From assembly GCF_031769215.1 (NCBI RefSeq), contig NW_026782563.1, forward strand, positions 496,001 through 560,000: a DNA stretch of 64,000 nt, given 5' to 3'. Below, piece by piece: positions 38,160-52,000 of this stretch. Below the pieces are notes generated by a model. That model was not told the DNA's origin, searched no databases, and worked only from the letters and a program-made list of their open reading frames with translations. Numbering within the stretch: the first letter of the stretch is position 1; every line of letters starts with the position of its first letter. The position numbers and the translations under genes were made by a program. Origin of the DNA: Ylistrum balloti. Taxonomy: Eukaryota.

Positions 38160-39170
38160 TTTTCCAGGTAAACGATGTTAGAAATATAAGGTTGTGAATT
38201 ATGCTGAAACATATTTCGTTAGAAAATCAAAACAAACAAAGCAAAAAGTTTCGTCGTCAAAATCAAAGAAGAAATATACGGAGGATGAACTTATAAAAAT
38301 GATTGAGTTTCACAACATCTTCTTCGCGTTTGGTAGTAAGATCTTCCAATAGACTATTGGCATACCTATTGAAACTAACTGACCCTCTGTTGCCTTACTT
38401 GTTTTTCATACGAGCTTATCAAAACAGGCCACAAAGACCTTGCAAAGTCGTTAAATTTCACGTTCAGATATATTAATGATGTCATGTCTTTCATAACAAG
38501 ATATTTATTGACCATGTCCATCGTATATACCTCCATCAGAATTGTAAATCAAAGACACGGCATAATCTTCTACATCACCCGTCTATCCCGATCTTTTCCC
38601 TACAATGAAACCTACATGGACAGCTTTCCACCAAGCTCTGTGATAAACGTGATGTTTGCACTTTCCCTTTCGAGATTTTTCCATTTCTGGATAGCAACAT
38701 TCCTGCATGGGGTTTAAATGTCGTCGCAGTTGCTTAGATATTCAAGGGCTTGTTCACAACATCACGATTTTTGCCGTCAATTGACGCATAAACTCGTAAC
38801 ACAGGGATTTCAAAGATGCAGATTAATGAAAAATGGGACAGTTTTATGGTCGTCATAGTGATCCCAATGAGAAATAATTTTGTACAATATGAAGCTGGAC
38901 CTGTTCGCTGCTTTTGGTTCCGTTGTGGAATACCTTGTTCTCATTTGAGAACGCGATATTACTCAATAAGATTTACCAAGAACGAGTGTTGACAATGAAG
39001 CAGAAGACGCTTACTCTTCCAGAACACGTTGTCTTGTTCTCCTTGTATTTTTATGGAGTCTCTGCGTAATTTTTTTCTTTTGTTCCTATTTAGCCCTTGT
39101 TTTTTTATTTGAGTTTGGATTGTCATCATGTTGACATATTGGTATATTCGTGCTGTTTTTAAATTCATTA
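38160..39170 (+). mobile_element. Decayed PLE reverse transcriptase, same family as 32505-33400
   Basis: SKSKKKYTEDELIKMIEF...FAFGSKIFQ*TIGIPIETN...LIKTGHKDLAKSLNFTFRYINDVMS (degenerate YIDD motif)...FYGRH. Shares ttatcaaaacaggcca..aaa.accttgcaaagtc.ttaaatttcac with the 32.6 kb copy. Confidence 0.85.
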
Positions 39171-42100
39171 GTGCGCATACTGTAAAATTATTCATTTTTG
39201 TAGGGGATTTATTTCCGCTTATATATGACTTTTATCTGTGACTTTATATGACCACGAACTGCTGAAATTAGTATAAATAAATTTACAACGTTATATTTAT
39301 CCAGGAAAACTGAGCCCCACGAAAGTGTATGATTTTACAATACTCTATGATATTTGAAGGGGAAATGATTCGTTTGTTTTTATATTGATAGCCAAACTGA
39401 GGTTAAGACATAATGAAAGGTTTTTCTGGCAATTTTATTGTGATCATCGCTTGATAAAACTTATATGTAAATGGTCGGTAGGTAATGAAGATGCCATGAA
39501 AGTATTACACGTCAAAGAAAACAACTTCAGATTTGGAAATCAGTTATCGTGAGTGGTATTGTAATGATTTTTTTATTCCCATGTTGTATCTCGACATCTG
39601 GACTCGGGAAATCATGTTCTGTATCATAACATTGAGAAACTCAAAGTTGGTCAAAGATTAACGTTGATAGTATTTGCTAACAAGTTAAGAGCCACAAATT
39701 ATTTGCTTTCATGAAATGCCAATTTCGAAATCTTAATAAACATTAAAATTGAAATAATTATTGCCATCAATTCATAATTTTGATTTTAAATTAATTTTAT
39801 AACGTCAATTATATCATCAAGTACAAAATTGATATACACAATACATCGTATTACCGTTATTGATGTAAAATATTTTAGTCTGGTACTATCATTATGCTTT
39901 GTGTAATTGAGATATCTGATGTCAATAGGTCTTGCTCTACTTAGGACATAGCTGTAAACAACATATACAAATTTCTTTTATTAATATTGAATATATCTGT
40001 TAAAAAGGATGATTACATGTGATATTATTTGTCATTAAATCCACCTACAGATTTGGTTGATAGATTAATAAAATCACGAAGTACCATGCGTGCAGCTAGA
40101 CTGGGGATTAATAGATGAGTGTCTAATTTATGTAAACTTGGTACATTATATCATTGATCTCAATTTATAACTGAGAAACTTTTTGTAGTTTTGATATGAA
40201 ATAGTTAAAAAAAAAATATGCACCCTTAACTAAAAATTCATTATTCTCTACGTATTTCAGGAGTGAGTGATGATTTACTCAAATAACAGATCAACATCTG
40301 CTGTATTTGATATAAAATGAAGTAGAAAAAGATGAAATTAATGATATAATTAGTTTTTTCCTATCGAGTATTTACACATAACCAGGGGTCCTTCTTCAGT
40401 TGATTTCAATATATTCGTTCAGCTTTCTTTATTTAATTGGTGTGGCTAGTTGGCAACCTTAGAGAGCACAGCCCATTCTTCAATGCTTTGTGCAGTACTG
40501 ATCTCATAGTTTCTGGTAACATGATGAAAACTCTCAGTAATCGTTCAAAGAATTTCAAGCCCACTTATGGAAGTTTGATATTAGAATTGAAGTATGCTAT
40601 CAGGCTTTTGATGAAACAAAGACAACATTTAAACGAAACGACACGTTGAGAAGCAGTCTGTTGTACACTGTTATACACATTTCATTTGATACCGTCCCAT
40701 ATAAGTTTCAGAACATTGATACAATTAGGTACTTTTGGCCAACATGTGAAGGAAAATAACAAATCTTTATTTATGTAGTACAATCCTAAGAGACGGTATT
40801 CAGTGGAAATAGCACTTTCTGTACAGACGAGTGCTCTGAGTCAATATTCCATTTAACTGCGAAAACTGTCTGTATTCATCTACTTTACGCCCTTCCAAAG
40901 CAGGCGTGGAAAGCAGGACTAATAGTGTTTAAAAACAGCTCCCACATATCCAATTAAATTTATTCAATGTGTTTAAATATTTGCATTCGATCAATTAGGT
41001 TTCAATCTAGAACATTTGAGTATTTGCATAGTTTCAATTAAAGTTAAAGCCGAAACATATCATTTATCAAATCTTATGAGATATATTTTGATTCCAAAAG
41101 ATAAAATATGTACACCATGTCAATATAAATCTAAATTTGGTGTTAATTGCTTTACAAGTTAAATTGATATTATATAACTACTTAAATAAACGAGGAAGCA
41201 AATATTATATCAATTTCTCACATGGGTAACAGATTTTATTGTCAGCCATTTAAAATTGTCTTTGTAGTGCTAAAAGAAAAACATATTATGTTACTTATCT
41301 GTAGTCCATACCATGTCAATTTCTTATTAATGATCATGACAAAATGTTACTTTGTTTTACATTTTTATAACAAGCTACATTTCAGAATATTTTATCAAGT
41401 TTACTGACAAAAGGAATTGGGCAAAAGGGACAGCATATGAAAGCCCACTCCTTCCTATCTGAAACAAATGTTCAGACCAGTCAGACAGTGAATGAATACG
41501 GTGAGGGGTATTGGCATAATGCAGAATTATTTGAGACAAAATATGTAAAATAAATACATACTTCTAGTTTTAGCAGTAATAGTATCATCAATAATTATGA
41601 AAAGAATCAGTCCAATAGTCACTTTGAAAAAAATGCAGCACAGGCAGATTACACACATACTCACCACCCTTTTCTGAATCCATTAAGATGACAAGCAGAC
41701 AAAAACTTGACACAATACTACATGAACGGGATATTTACTTAAAAAAGACGTCTGGTATCAGTAACGGATCTCTGAATCAACTGAACAAACATAACTTATT
41801 TTATTATATTAGATATATTTCTCAACCATGAACTATGCGTGACAAGAGATTGTGTAATTTAATGATGTCGTGTAGTAATGAACATGTGTTGACCAGGACG
41901 TGTCTAAGATGTATAATAATATTGATGAAAAAAACCCTGTAATACAACAGGTTACGACACGAATTATCAAATGAAAGCTTCAAACGGTGTCATTTCTACT
42001 CAAGCATTCACGCTTTTGTAATAAGAACAAAAGCAAAGAAACACATACAAGTGAATAGCAACTTTTAATACAAATTTAGAGTTAGATATAGTAATGCCTT

Positions 42101-44346
42101 ACAAGGACAAAAACTGCACCAAAAAGCTGTTTCATCCTTCTAGGATTCGTTAATAGTACTAATGTAAGGGCCTAAATTTTGAGGCCAAGGAGGCGACTGC
42201 GAATAATTTAAAGTGATCGAAAGAAATGTCAACAACTAGATGGAAGGTGCACTAGCCCCATGATTCAATAAATTTCGTAATTGTCATATATATGGTAATT
42301 TTAAAACACGCCCAATAGATGTGTTTAATCTGCATTGTACCACAAATCGAGGTAATTAAACGTGGCATGCACGTTAAAGCAAACCCCGAGGATTTTTTTA
42401 ACTGTAAAAAGGTATCAATATCATCTTTAGGAATTCAGATGTAAATATAAACCTGAAATGTATGAATTTCGTTCCAGGAAGTTGTATACTAGGATCAGGT
42501 AGCACCTGTACCTCTCACTGACAGAGAACATAGTGGCCTTACAGGGACGCAAATTGGATAAATACTTCGAAGCGTATAACGCTATATTATGAAGGACGTG
42601 ATGCAAATAATATGGAAATTTTGATACTTAGTTGAATTTACAACAACGGGAACGTTGCAGAACGTAGCAGAACTAGAGAATAGAAAACAGAATGTTAAGA
42701 GGGTTAACATAAACAAAAGAATAAACGAAGACATCCAAAGGAACGGATTTGGATTCTAAAAAAGAGAATGAAAATAGAAAACTCCTCTGTGTATTAAGAC
42801 AATTGGTTATGAAACAAAACAAAACATAGAACGGGGATTACTAATACAAGAGAAACCGCACATGCCCGCAAATAAGCTAATACAGGATTTTAAAATGATA
42901 GAAATGAAAGACAACAAAATGTATCTGCAGAAATATTCTAGATTTTCCAACTTTTTTTAAAAAAAAATTTTTCCAATTTCCGCCCAATTTACATATTGTC
43001 TACCAACAAAACACTCAGTGAATGTTTCTTTTCTTATATCTTAAATGGCAAACCATATGCATGTGATATTTTGAGCTATTCGCGCTTGTATCTCTAAAAA
43101 TGAAAAATGGTCTTCTCAAAACAATCTATTTTTTTAATAGGGTAATTTAGATAAATTTTTGGCTATATAATCAACATGGATTGATGGTGTAAAATGTTTT
43201 GATATCTGATATATTTGCGTGTATAATGAACTTACATAGTTGGAAATAAAACATTCAAAGAGAAAACCATAAAAAATATTGTTTATATTTTCAAAAATGA
43301 AAACGACAAATCATTTTTCGCATTTCTTCGGTAATTTAATCAGGAAAAATATATCAAACTACATTTGTTTTTTACAATCAAATAAATACAGGTGACTTAT
43401 AACAATCATACATGTGCGGAAAAACAGTACAATATTTTACACAATCCATTCAACAACTTTTGTGTTACCATGACTGGAATATAATATTTGATTGACTTTA
43501 TATAACACTTTCAAACTATTCTGATAAATATCGATGCAAGACATATTACCTAACACTCATATTGCACGATAATCAAAGTTGTTTTCTTAATCTCTCAAGC
43601 TACCTGTTTGATATATTTTGCCTTGATATTCTCAAAACTATTCATTACAGATTTACATTTTCCTTTAATTTGGATTACATTTAACACACATTTATACAAC
43701 ACAAGTCCACACATGCGTATATGATACATTTTGCCTCCCGTTCAGAATTCCATATAACATATTTATAAATAAAAAAAAAATAAATAACGTCATAAATTGT
43801 GAACACATCTAGTTCATGTTCAAGATCTAGTCATGTCTGATATTCACTGCTTTTTATGTGTTATCATATTGAGAGACAGTTATGTTGCGTTTACCAGTTC
43901 CCAATCACTTCAGTTTGCAAGTGTTCGCCCTTTCTCAGTTTAATTTATGCATGCTCATGATAACTTTCAGTACAATTCGTTTCGCGACAATCCTCAGTAG
44001 GTTCGATCATATCAAAGAGTTCTCGGTAGTCTTTGCGATGTATTTGCATGTCAGCTTTAAAGCTTTTTTCACATATAAAGTACATGTGATTTCGGTATGT
44101 GAAATAACGAAAAACGTTCATGTTTCGGTAGGATGTCATGAACAAATCTTTCTGTGTCTTTAATAAAAAGGCTGAACACTTTTGGTGCCCTTGACAATCA
44201 CTTGTTAAATGTTCAAGGCACGAACATGCCAACATGTCCCTTATCATTGAGACATTCGCGAATCTAGGGGACATAACTCTGCCTCCTAAACGTGCCATTT
44301 GATTTAGGACTTCTTTAAAGTTTTAAATGGCAATATCAATTTCCAA

Positions 44347-45074
44347 TCATTCACCAAGGCACCCAGACTTGTCGCTGGTTGAAGCAGTAAAGGGTTTCGT
44401 TGGACAGCATGGGTACATTGTATATGGGAATGGTTTGGATGTACTGTCTGTTGTAAGTCCATTGTAGGCAGAATAATTACTACCCAGTGTTAGTCCAGGA
44501 AAAGCCGGTGGATAAGGCATAGCAAGCAATCCTCGGCTCATGCTACCCCAAGCGTTACGAATGGAGTTTAACGAATGGGCATTGGCTATGGACGATGCGA
44601 TGGGAGAGAATGCTGACTTGAGAGACGGGGAGCCGAGTGGATTAGATATACCATGAGGAGTTATTAGAGGACTTCCGGGAAAATGTGACGACATTCCGCT
44701 TGCGTCGCCATGACTGTTGAGAATTTGCTCTATACATTGCACAACGTCACCGCCACAGCCCTGAAGAATCAGTTGAAGCACGCTTCGCTTCATATGAGGA
44801 AATATACGTGACAGCATCTCTATTGGTTGACGTTTGTTTCCGCCGTAGTGGGCGAGAGTGCTCTCATCAAACGGAGATTTAGAGTCAGATTTGGAAGCGG
44901 GACTTCTTGGACTGGGAGGGTCACATGACCTTGGGGATGGTTCAGGAGACCCGGCGGATTCAGTGGGGGACCTTGGACTGTCTGCGCCATCTGGTGTTGA
45001 AGATCGAGAGTCAGGTCTAACTGTTTCCGGTTGTAGTTCCTCTCTGTGATCATCAAGCTTCTGTTTCTTTGAAG
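44347..45074 (-). CDS. dmrta2: DMRTA2/Dmrt5 coding exon 2 (Ser/Pro-rich linker, DMA domain, C-terminus)
   Basis: Acceptor tttttatctttcacAG|CTTCAAAG at 45075/45074 is phase-compatible with exon 1. The spliced frame reads ...[17 protein letters not shown]...SPRSP...[39 protein letters not shown] (DMA domain)...KSAFSP...CLGE*, with TGA at 44349-44347. Total CDS is 382+728=1110 nt, or 369 aa. Confidence 0.93.
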
Positions 45075-48000
45075 CTGTGAAAGATAAAAATATTTTTTTT
45101 TATTATATGCACTTGATTACTATTACATTAAAATTCAGTATCAATTAATTTTCTTTTATTGTTGTTGATGGAGTCAGAAAATCATCTTTTTTCCCATTTG
45201 ATACCTGAGATGATAAATACATGTTAAGATATGTGTATCCTATCTAGTAGTGTATATATCATTATATATCAGAGGGGTTTCTTTATTTTTTCTATAGTTA
45301 TGCTTGCTTGAATTATAAAATGTGTCACTTGTTCATTGTTTAGTTTATTGGTGTTTAAGAGAGAATATTTAATCTCTGTTTGCAACTTAACATAATTTAA
45401 TCATTAATCTCGTATCAGCTGTATCATTGTATGTAGAAATTGGATTAAAAATTGATACTAACTGGGATACATATTTCACTTAAATTGTTTATGATATGCG
45501 TGCTGACCAAGTAGCAGCAGATGTGTCCTTATTTCAGCACAATGAAATATCTTATCACTATGAAATAGAATCTTACTGATCTGGTGTTAAGTAGATGAAA
45601 GACTACTTATCCATATGATCACGTTGACCGTGAACTATTTACTTTTGACCAAATGGACGCAGTTACCTGCTTATGTTTCCACTAAACTGACCAGTCTCTC
45701 AATGACAGTATGAACATCCAAGGTACCATGCCCCGATGTGATAGAAGTCAATAAGGACTAAACTTTTATGTAAGGTATCTGAGCCGTTATGAATTTAGAT
45801 TCAATTTGCACAGAAGGAAAAAACCGTTACAATCCTGTTAAACTGTACAAGACGAACAAATTTAATCAAGAGAGAGAGAGAGGGTTTAAATTCTCACACA
45901 GCTTATAACAGTACTGAGACAACTAAAGCCTAGTCAGGTAGAAATTTAAAACGAGCCAAACTGTCTACACTAGGGTATTTAGTCATGTTTAGAAACATTT
46001 ATTGAGTTCAAAACATTTACCATTTGACTGGAGAATGACTGTGAAAAACAGTGATAATTTCTCTACTTTAATGAGATACAGGAATGTCAACATTGCACTC
46101 GGTGTATGGTGGGTGTATAAGGTTAGAAACCGTCGGTATCAGGTTTCATAGTGTCCTTCGGACTGTCATTTTTCTATAAATCAGCGTATGTATCAGTCTT
46201 TGTGTAACTTTACTAAGGTTTTGTCTATCTGAAACTTTTCTACCAAAGTATTATTTAACAATTTTCACAATTACTTTTTAAGTAACAAGTGATACAACTG
46301 AAGTACAAATAGCTAGCTAATATAACATTTTTTCTTTTCATCGTCAAGTTTTGTGACGGAAGCTCAATGGAAATGGCAACATGACTCAATAGAATACGCT
46401 ACACTTTACTGAAAAATTTAAAGAACCCCATCATCGCGGCCTGATCATTTGGAAGTACATGTATTGTTAGCATGCAACAATAAATTGTTGAGGTAACAAT
46501 TATTGGTTTTCGTTTACAATTATATATGTTGTACATAAAATATGTTATTCATCTATTTCCCCCAGAAATTTGTAACATTTTCAAAATGTCTTTTGGAATA
46601 TCCTGGGGGGTCGTCTGATATAAAAGTAATGATTGAGTTTTGTAGTCTTGCATGGCGTTTACATTAGTTTTCTGAAGGGTATAGTTAGTTTTCTCATTTT
46701 CTTTTTTATTATTCAATATGAAATTGATCATAATACCTCATGTGATTTGATCCATGATATTAGATAAAATTATGAAATCTATGATAGTGTTAGAATAAAT
46801 GAAAACAAATTTAAAATAATCAATAGTCATTTTGCAATCATTCAAATATATCAAAATATCAAATAAGTTAATAACATTAAGAACAATTAGCACAATAAAG
46901 TGTAGCTATACGTGCTAGGAGTTTGTTTAAATCTATTTCTAATATATAATGATTTTTCTTTTATTTTAAATCAACACAAATCTTACGAGTGACTTTTAAT
47001 TTGATAGCAATTTTCTTTCCCCTAATTACATAATATCGTATCAGTTTTATGAATCAATACTTAATAAATTCACACAAAACTCACAATTCACTTCTGAAAT
47101 TAATATTGATTTTCTCTCACGAAATTACGTAATTCCATGATTATGTTATCAATCAGTGCTAATTTTCGCTGTCTTCCTTTAAAATAGAACACTAGAGTGA
47201 ATTTACAGAAGTAGTTAAATGTGTACAGTGTAAACATTTGGATGTAAATTCTGAAGTTTTTTTAATGTTGTAATTTTTGTGACTGTTTTATTATTTTCAC
47301 AATAATCATGAAAGTATTTATAATGTAAACACAACAACGACGTAGAAACTGTCCACCATCTCATTACTAGATAACCATCAACATAAAACAAAATTGAATT
47401 CTGTCTAAGACACTTCATCACCATAATCGAATGAATTAGAATTCACAGCACTTCTTCCGAAAAAGTTATTATCAAGGATTTCAATGACTTATTTTAAATA
47501 TATGAAAGGACATCTGTATCATGTTTAATGATTCTGAAGAAAAAGTTTAATGCAAAAATTACGTTTTTACAAGCAAGAGGGATAAACCGAGACACCCGAG
47601 CTTTCGTCCCGAACAATAACAATATAAACGTGTCCTATCTAAGATCTCCTCTGTGTCTAACGTTACTAGGATAGGTGAGTAAGGTATGAAAGCCATAGAC
47701 ATGCAAGTAAAATCACAAGTCCAACCCAATACTGGAGTCTTTTGTGTGTATAGAATAACCTGATGTTTAGATGTTTACATTTTTCTGCTTTATTTTCTTT
47801 TTTTGATACGGATTTCATGTTTTCCCCGAATTGGCTGTTATAATCCAATATAATGTTATTCAATGAAGAAAAATTATGTTAATCCGGACAAATTAGCGCC
47901 CTGTTTTTTATCCGGTCGTATTATCATCATATTATTTTTTCAATTGGAGTAGGTTAAATATTACGATATGATACTATTTGTATTGATATATTATCTCAAA

Positions 48001-48222
48001 ATAAAATACAACGTTCTTATAACATTAAGGCCAGTTCGCATTATTTTTTTTTTATTTCATATATGTTCAAAATATAAATGATAGGGAACAATATATGTAA
48101 AGAAAAAAACATCGTTTAGTAGACATGTAAGAATTGACAGATGAAATCTGAAGTGGTTAATTCTATGCTAACAATGCTGATGAACCCCGCCTTTACAGAC
48201 CATCATAAATAACACAACTTAC
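45075..48222 (-). other. GT-AG intron of the Dmrt gene (3148 nt, phase 1)
   Basis: GTAAGT donor, pyrimidine tract plus CAG acceptor, and splicing restores one continuous frame. Confidence 0.9.
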
Positions 48223-48604
48223 CAGGATAATCATCAGGTGCATCTCTGATCTTACTGGTGTCTAAGTATTGCTTGGCCTCGGGAAACATGTTGACGGTTT
48301 CGGGGTTGATCTGAAGCAGTCCGCTTTGTCCATACAACATCCCAAGTTCACGAGCTTCATTTTCCTCTTGCGCTTGTTGGCGCCGGAGCGCTACCTGTGC
48401 AGCCATCACGCGTTGTCTCTCTGCAATTAGGGTGCATTTGGCGCACACACAGTCTCTCCAGCGGCAGTACCGCTTGTGGCCCTTCAGCGCCGATACTACA
48501 CCGTGGTTTCGACAACGGGCACATTTTGGTGTCCGTGGGTACCTATCAGCAGCTCGCATGAACATGCCATTTGCTCCATCACTTTTTTCATCATCCGAAC
48601 TCAT
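48223..48604 (-). CDS. dmrta2: Doublesex/mab-3-related transcription factor, DMRTA2/Dmrt5 class; coding exon 1 (DM DNA-binding domain)
   Basis: Translation MSSDDEK...[58 protein letters not shown] is a complete DM zinc module with the Dmrt4/5/99B-type sequence. The first ATG is at 48604; the ORF track starts earlier, on a TTG. The exon ends at a canonical donor, CCTG|GTAAGT (exon end 48223, phase 1). Confidence 0.95.
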
Positions 48605-48894
48605 AATGTATTGAGAATACAAACTTATCGAAGAGTAAAATATATATATATAGTAATACTTATTATTGAAATTAAAGAGTCTTTATCATAATCAACAATA
48701 GAATTCCTGTTTATACTTTTTTAAGTTCGTGATAAGACCTCCGTTCTCTACCTTGTCTTGTCATAGACTGAACTCTTTTAAGGGAACAACAACTTTTCAC
48801 TTGTGTCAATTACCGTCTCTATTGATTAGAAGGACGACACATATGGAGTCTGTCGGCTGGTGGTGGGGTGTTGGATGATGGACTGACAGTTCAA

Positions 48895-49010
48895 GCGTAA
48901 AGACCCGCCCACCCACCGTAATTTGTTTACAATTCAGATTGCCTTTCACCTAAATATCATTCTTGTGGCCAGCGGATTGGTCGCTTAGTTTATGTTGTAA
49001 ACAAATAAGG
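48895..49010 (-). promoter_or_regulatory. Candidate proximal promoter module of the Dmrt gene (GC box, CCAAT box, paired forkhead sites)
   Basis: CCCGCCCACCC at ~48904, ATTGG (CCAAT on the gene strand) at ~48976, TGTTTAC at ~48924 and GTAAACA at ~48997; about 300-400 nt upstream of the ATG. Motif matches only; the TSS is unknown. Confidence 0.45.
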
Positions 49011-52000
49011 TTTTATTGTATGAGTATACAGGTAACAGAAATTTGATAAAGAGAAAGCAAACAGAGGTACACGTTATGTTCCTGATCTTTAAAGGTATAG
49101 AACTAAACGCGACCGCTGTTGTGTCGTTGAAGAATTAATTAAGACGGACGCTTCGAACGGTGAGGAGCTACAGTATAACGACAGCCGCTTTATATGTGTA
49201 CCTATATCACCATAAACTGATTAATATTAATAAATCAACAGTTTTCGATTCCTTTATATATATGTGTGTATATTAAAATATGTATACAGTTTTCGAAATT
49301 CTTAAATTCATATTATCAAATTATTAATTTAATTAATATTTAGTCACTGGATTCTATACAACTTTATAAAAATTGGTGTTGTATCATTATACTTTTTAAT
49401 ACAATATGTGATTTTTTTATGCAAACTTCTTATTTCCTAAAACGTTCCATCAATACAAATTCTATTGATAAGTTAAAGTTGTCTTTTATTTTATTTATTT
49501 ACTTATTTTACTTATTCCTTTTTCTACTATAATGTGATTTGATATTAATGCTCAGAACATTTTATTGATTATTAAATGTTTGTTTCACTTTTTTGTAGAT
49601 TTGGATAAATCTATTTACTTAGGGTCAGGTATACAACCGAACAAGCTATTAATGTTGTTTCTTGAATTATAGTATCATGACGTTCAGTCATGAATTTATT
49701 TCTGATGTATTGAGACACTTTTGATCTATTTTAAGAAATCTTGAGAAATTTGGATGATTTTAGTTCCTTTAAACAACTTTGATACCGTTCTATTTCAAGG
49801 TATCAATGGAAGAGGTATTTAGCTGACCTTGTTAAAATACATTTCACATGCATCTTATACAAGATAGTGAAGATGGAATGCAGACTTACTAACTGTGCAT
49901 GAAAGTATGACTCAAGAGATATAATTTGTAACATAACGGTGATAAAATACAAATAATCAGTCAAGGATATCAGGATATGATTTTCCGGAGGAAAAAAACT
50001 TTTAACGTATACTCAAAAGAAAATAAACGTTATCCCACAGTCGGATACAAATTCCAAACCGCTGAAAAAAATGAAACATAGCTAGAATAATTACTTTAAC
50101 AAATTTAGTGTAACAATAGAGGATAGGATATATATATATCTAAGTACAAAACATCAAAAAGAAATTGATCAACTTTTTCTTCATAACAGATGTAAGTAAC
50201 GTAACGTTCATCTCAACAAAATATACAAATTAGACAAGAAAATATATCAACATGTTAACAACATCAGTATAGTAAGATTTTCTATCCCTTTGTTGCAGAC
50301 AACATGGAATTAAAAACAAAAGTGTGTATTATGGTAGAGTTAATTACTTTTCACATTATAGAAAGAAATTGTCATTAGCAAATAGTATTCTATGTCAACT
50401 ACCAGTTCCTATATGATGTTAGTATATGAGTATAAAGCATCTATCACCACGATATAGGTACCAACAGCCTTAATTATAAGTGTATCGAACGGGAGTCTTT
50501 TCAGGTATCAGGTAATATAGATTTCTATCATATCAATAAAAGACGAAAAGCATATTGCAATAAATATGAGAATATCTATTTTTAAATAAATACAAACATT
50601 TTGTCTGATTTTGTTGGACAATAACCTAGTTTACCAATACTATGCATAAATACAAGAAAATAAGATAGCATTTTTCATCTTTCATCTTTCAAGCCAGTGT
50701 TATTGAACTGTGTTTGTTAGAAATTGTTTAGTTAATTGCAATTTCTGTGTTTAAAAAGACATAATGCAGATCTGTGGTTAGAAGTATGGAATGGTTGACT
50801 GAACATCACATAACATCGATTGCGCCCTACATGTGATCTTTACATAATCCCAACCTTGACTTAACAGTTCCACGTGAAAAGGATTGAAAAGACTTCCATT
50901 CGCTCACTAATTACAAATAATCAAAATGCCATCCAATAATTATGGCATGGACACGGATGAGAAGTGGCACGCGATAATGTCGTTATGACTTGAGCAGCAA
51001 CACATTCGGGTAATTTTATCGTGTCTGATTGGATAATATCTCTCAAAGATTTATTCGTCAACGCTAATTTACTGAATAAGTCTTAATATTATGTTCTGTC
51101 GAAATACATATTATCCATTCGGGATATTTTTCATAACGAAATATATTATCAAATACCAATCTCATTTTATGTAGAAAAAAGATTTATCATCAAAAAGGAT
51201 TATATCTAGTTATCAAAATATTTATTTCAAAACAAAAATCAATAACTTGAATATGAAATCATGAGAGTATTTTGATATGAAATGAAAAAAAAAATCTTCC
51301 TTTTCTTTCTTATCATCGATGTTTTCACAAATTGAGTATATTTCATATCAAGTTTAAACATTTGTATATACCATTATCATGAAGATGATACAGTAGACAG
51401 GAAATATGCATAAAGTAAATATTATTTCTTTCTATTTCTTTATGATTCTATTTTTATTCAGAGTGTAACGAAGAGTTTATAAATAATCGACGAAACACTG
51501 CTATTCCTAAATCTAAATGTCTCAGTTAATTATAGATTTCCTCATACGAGAGTATTTTTCACATCCCCCGGATGTCCGGTTTATTCAATTGTGCTGCATC
51601 ATTAAAGCGTTTGAATCGATTGCACTCATATGAATGAAATGTGGTTTGTTATATCATCAAAACGTTTGTTTCTGATACAAGGAAACGCTTTACTGATAAA
51701 TTGGGCTGACATTTGTACAAAAGGCGATCACTGGTCTGTAATACTCTCAGGTTAGATTCAATTTGATGGGTTTTGATTATTTCGTGATCTGTGAAATAAT
51801 CACCTTTAGCAAAATTGAGAAAAGAAGAAACAGATTCTGTGTCTCTCATTATAACACAGGGACACCTCCTAAGAACGAATATCACGAATTAATGAACCCT
51901 GTTTAAATGCGAGATGAGAAGCGTGCGTCCTACTCTCCCTGCCCTCCCCGTCGTATCCGACCTGTCATTAATTAACGGTTCTCCAATGACCCAGCCTCTA

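Noticed and set aside
43945-44298. 117-aa minus-strand ORF downstream of the Dmrt stop as a third exon or read-through extension
   Set aside because: It is in the same frame as the Dmrt CDS but separated by TGA (44349) and TAA (44325). I recognise no domain or supporting splice site; most likely 3' UTR.
48605-48622. ORF-track N-terminal extension MYSQYI and C-terminal GKLCYL of the Dmrt exon
   Set aside because: The start codon at 48622 is TTG, not ATG, and GKLCYL is read-through into the intron past the donor at 48222.
49089-49772. Kolobok-like element with TTAA TSD (TTAA-AGGTATAGAACTAAA ... TTTAGTTCCT-TTAA)
   Set aside because: The inverted repeat is short, needs a 5-nt gap and is AT-rich; it cannot be distinguished from chance without copy-number data.
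50926-50948. Hairpin ATGCCAT-CCAATAATT-ATGGCAT upstream of Dmrt
   Set aside because: A 7-bp stem is expected several times by chance in 64 kb, and there is no other support.
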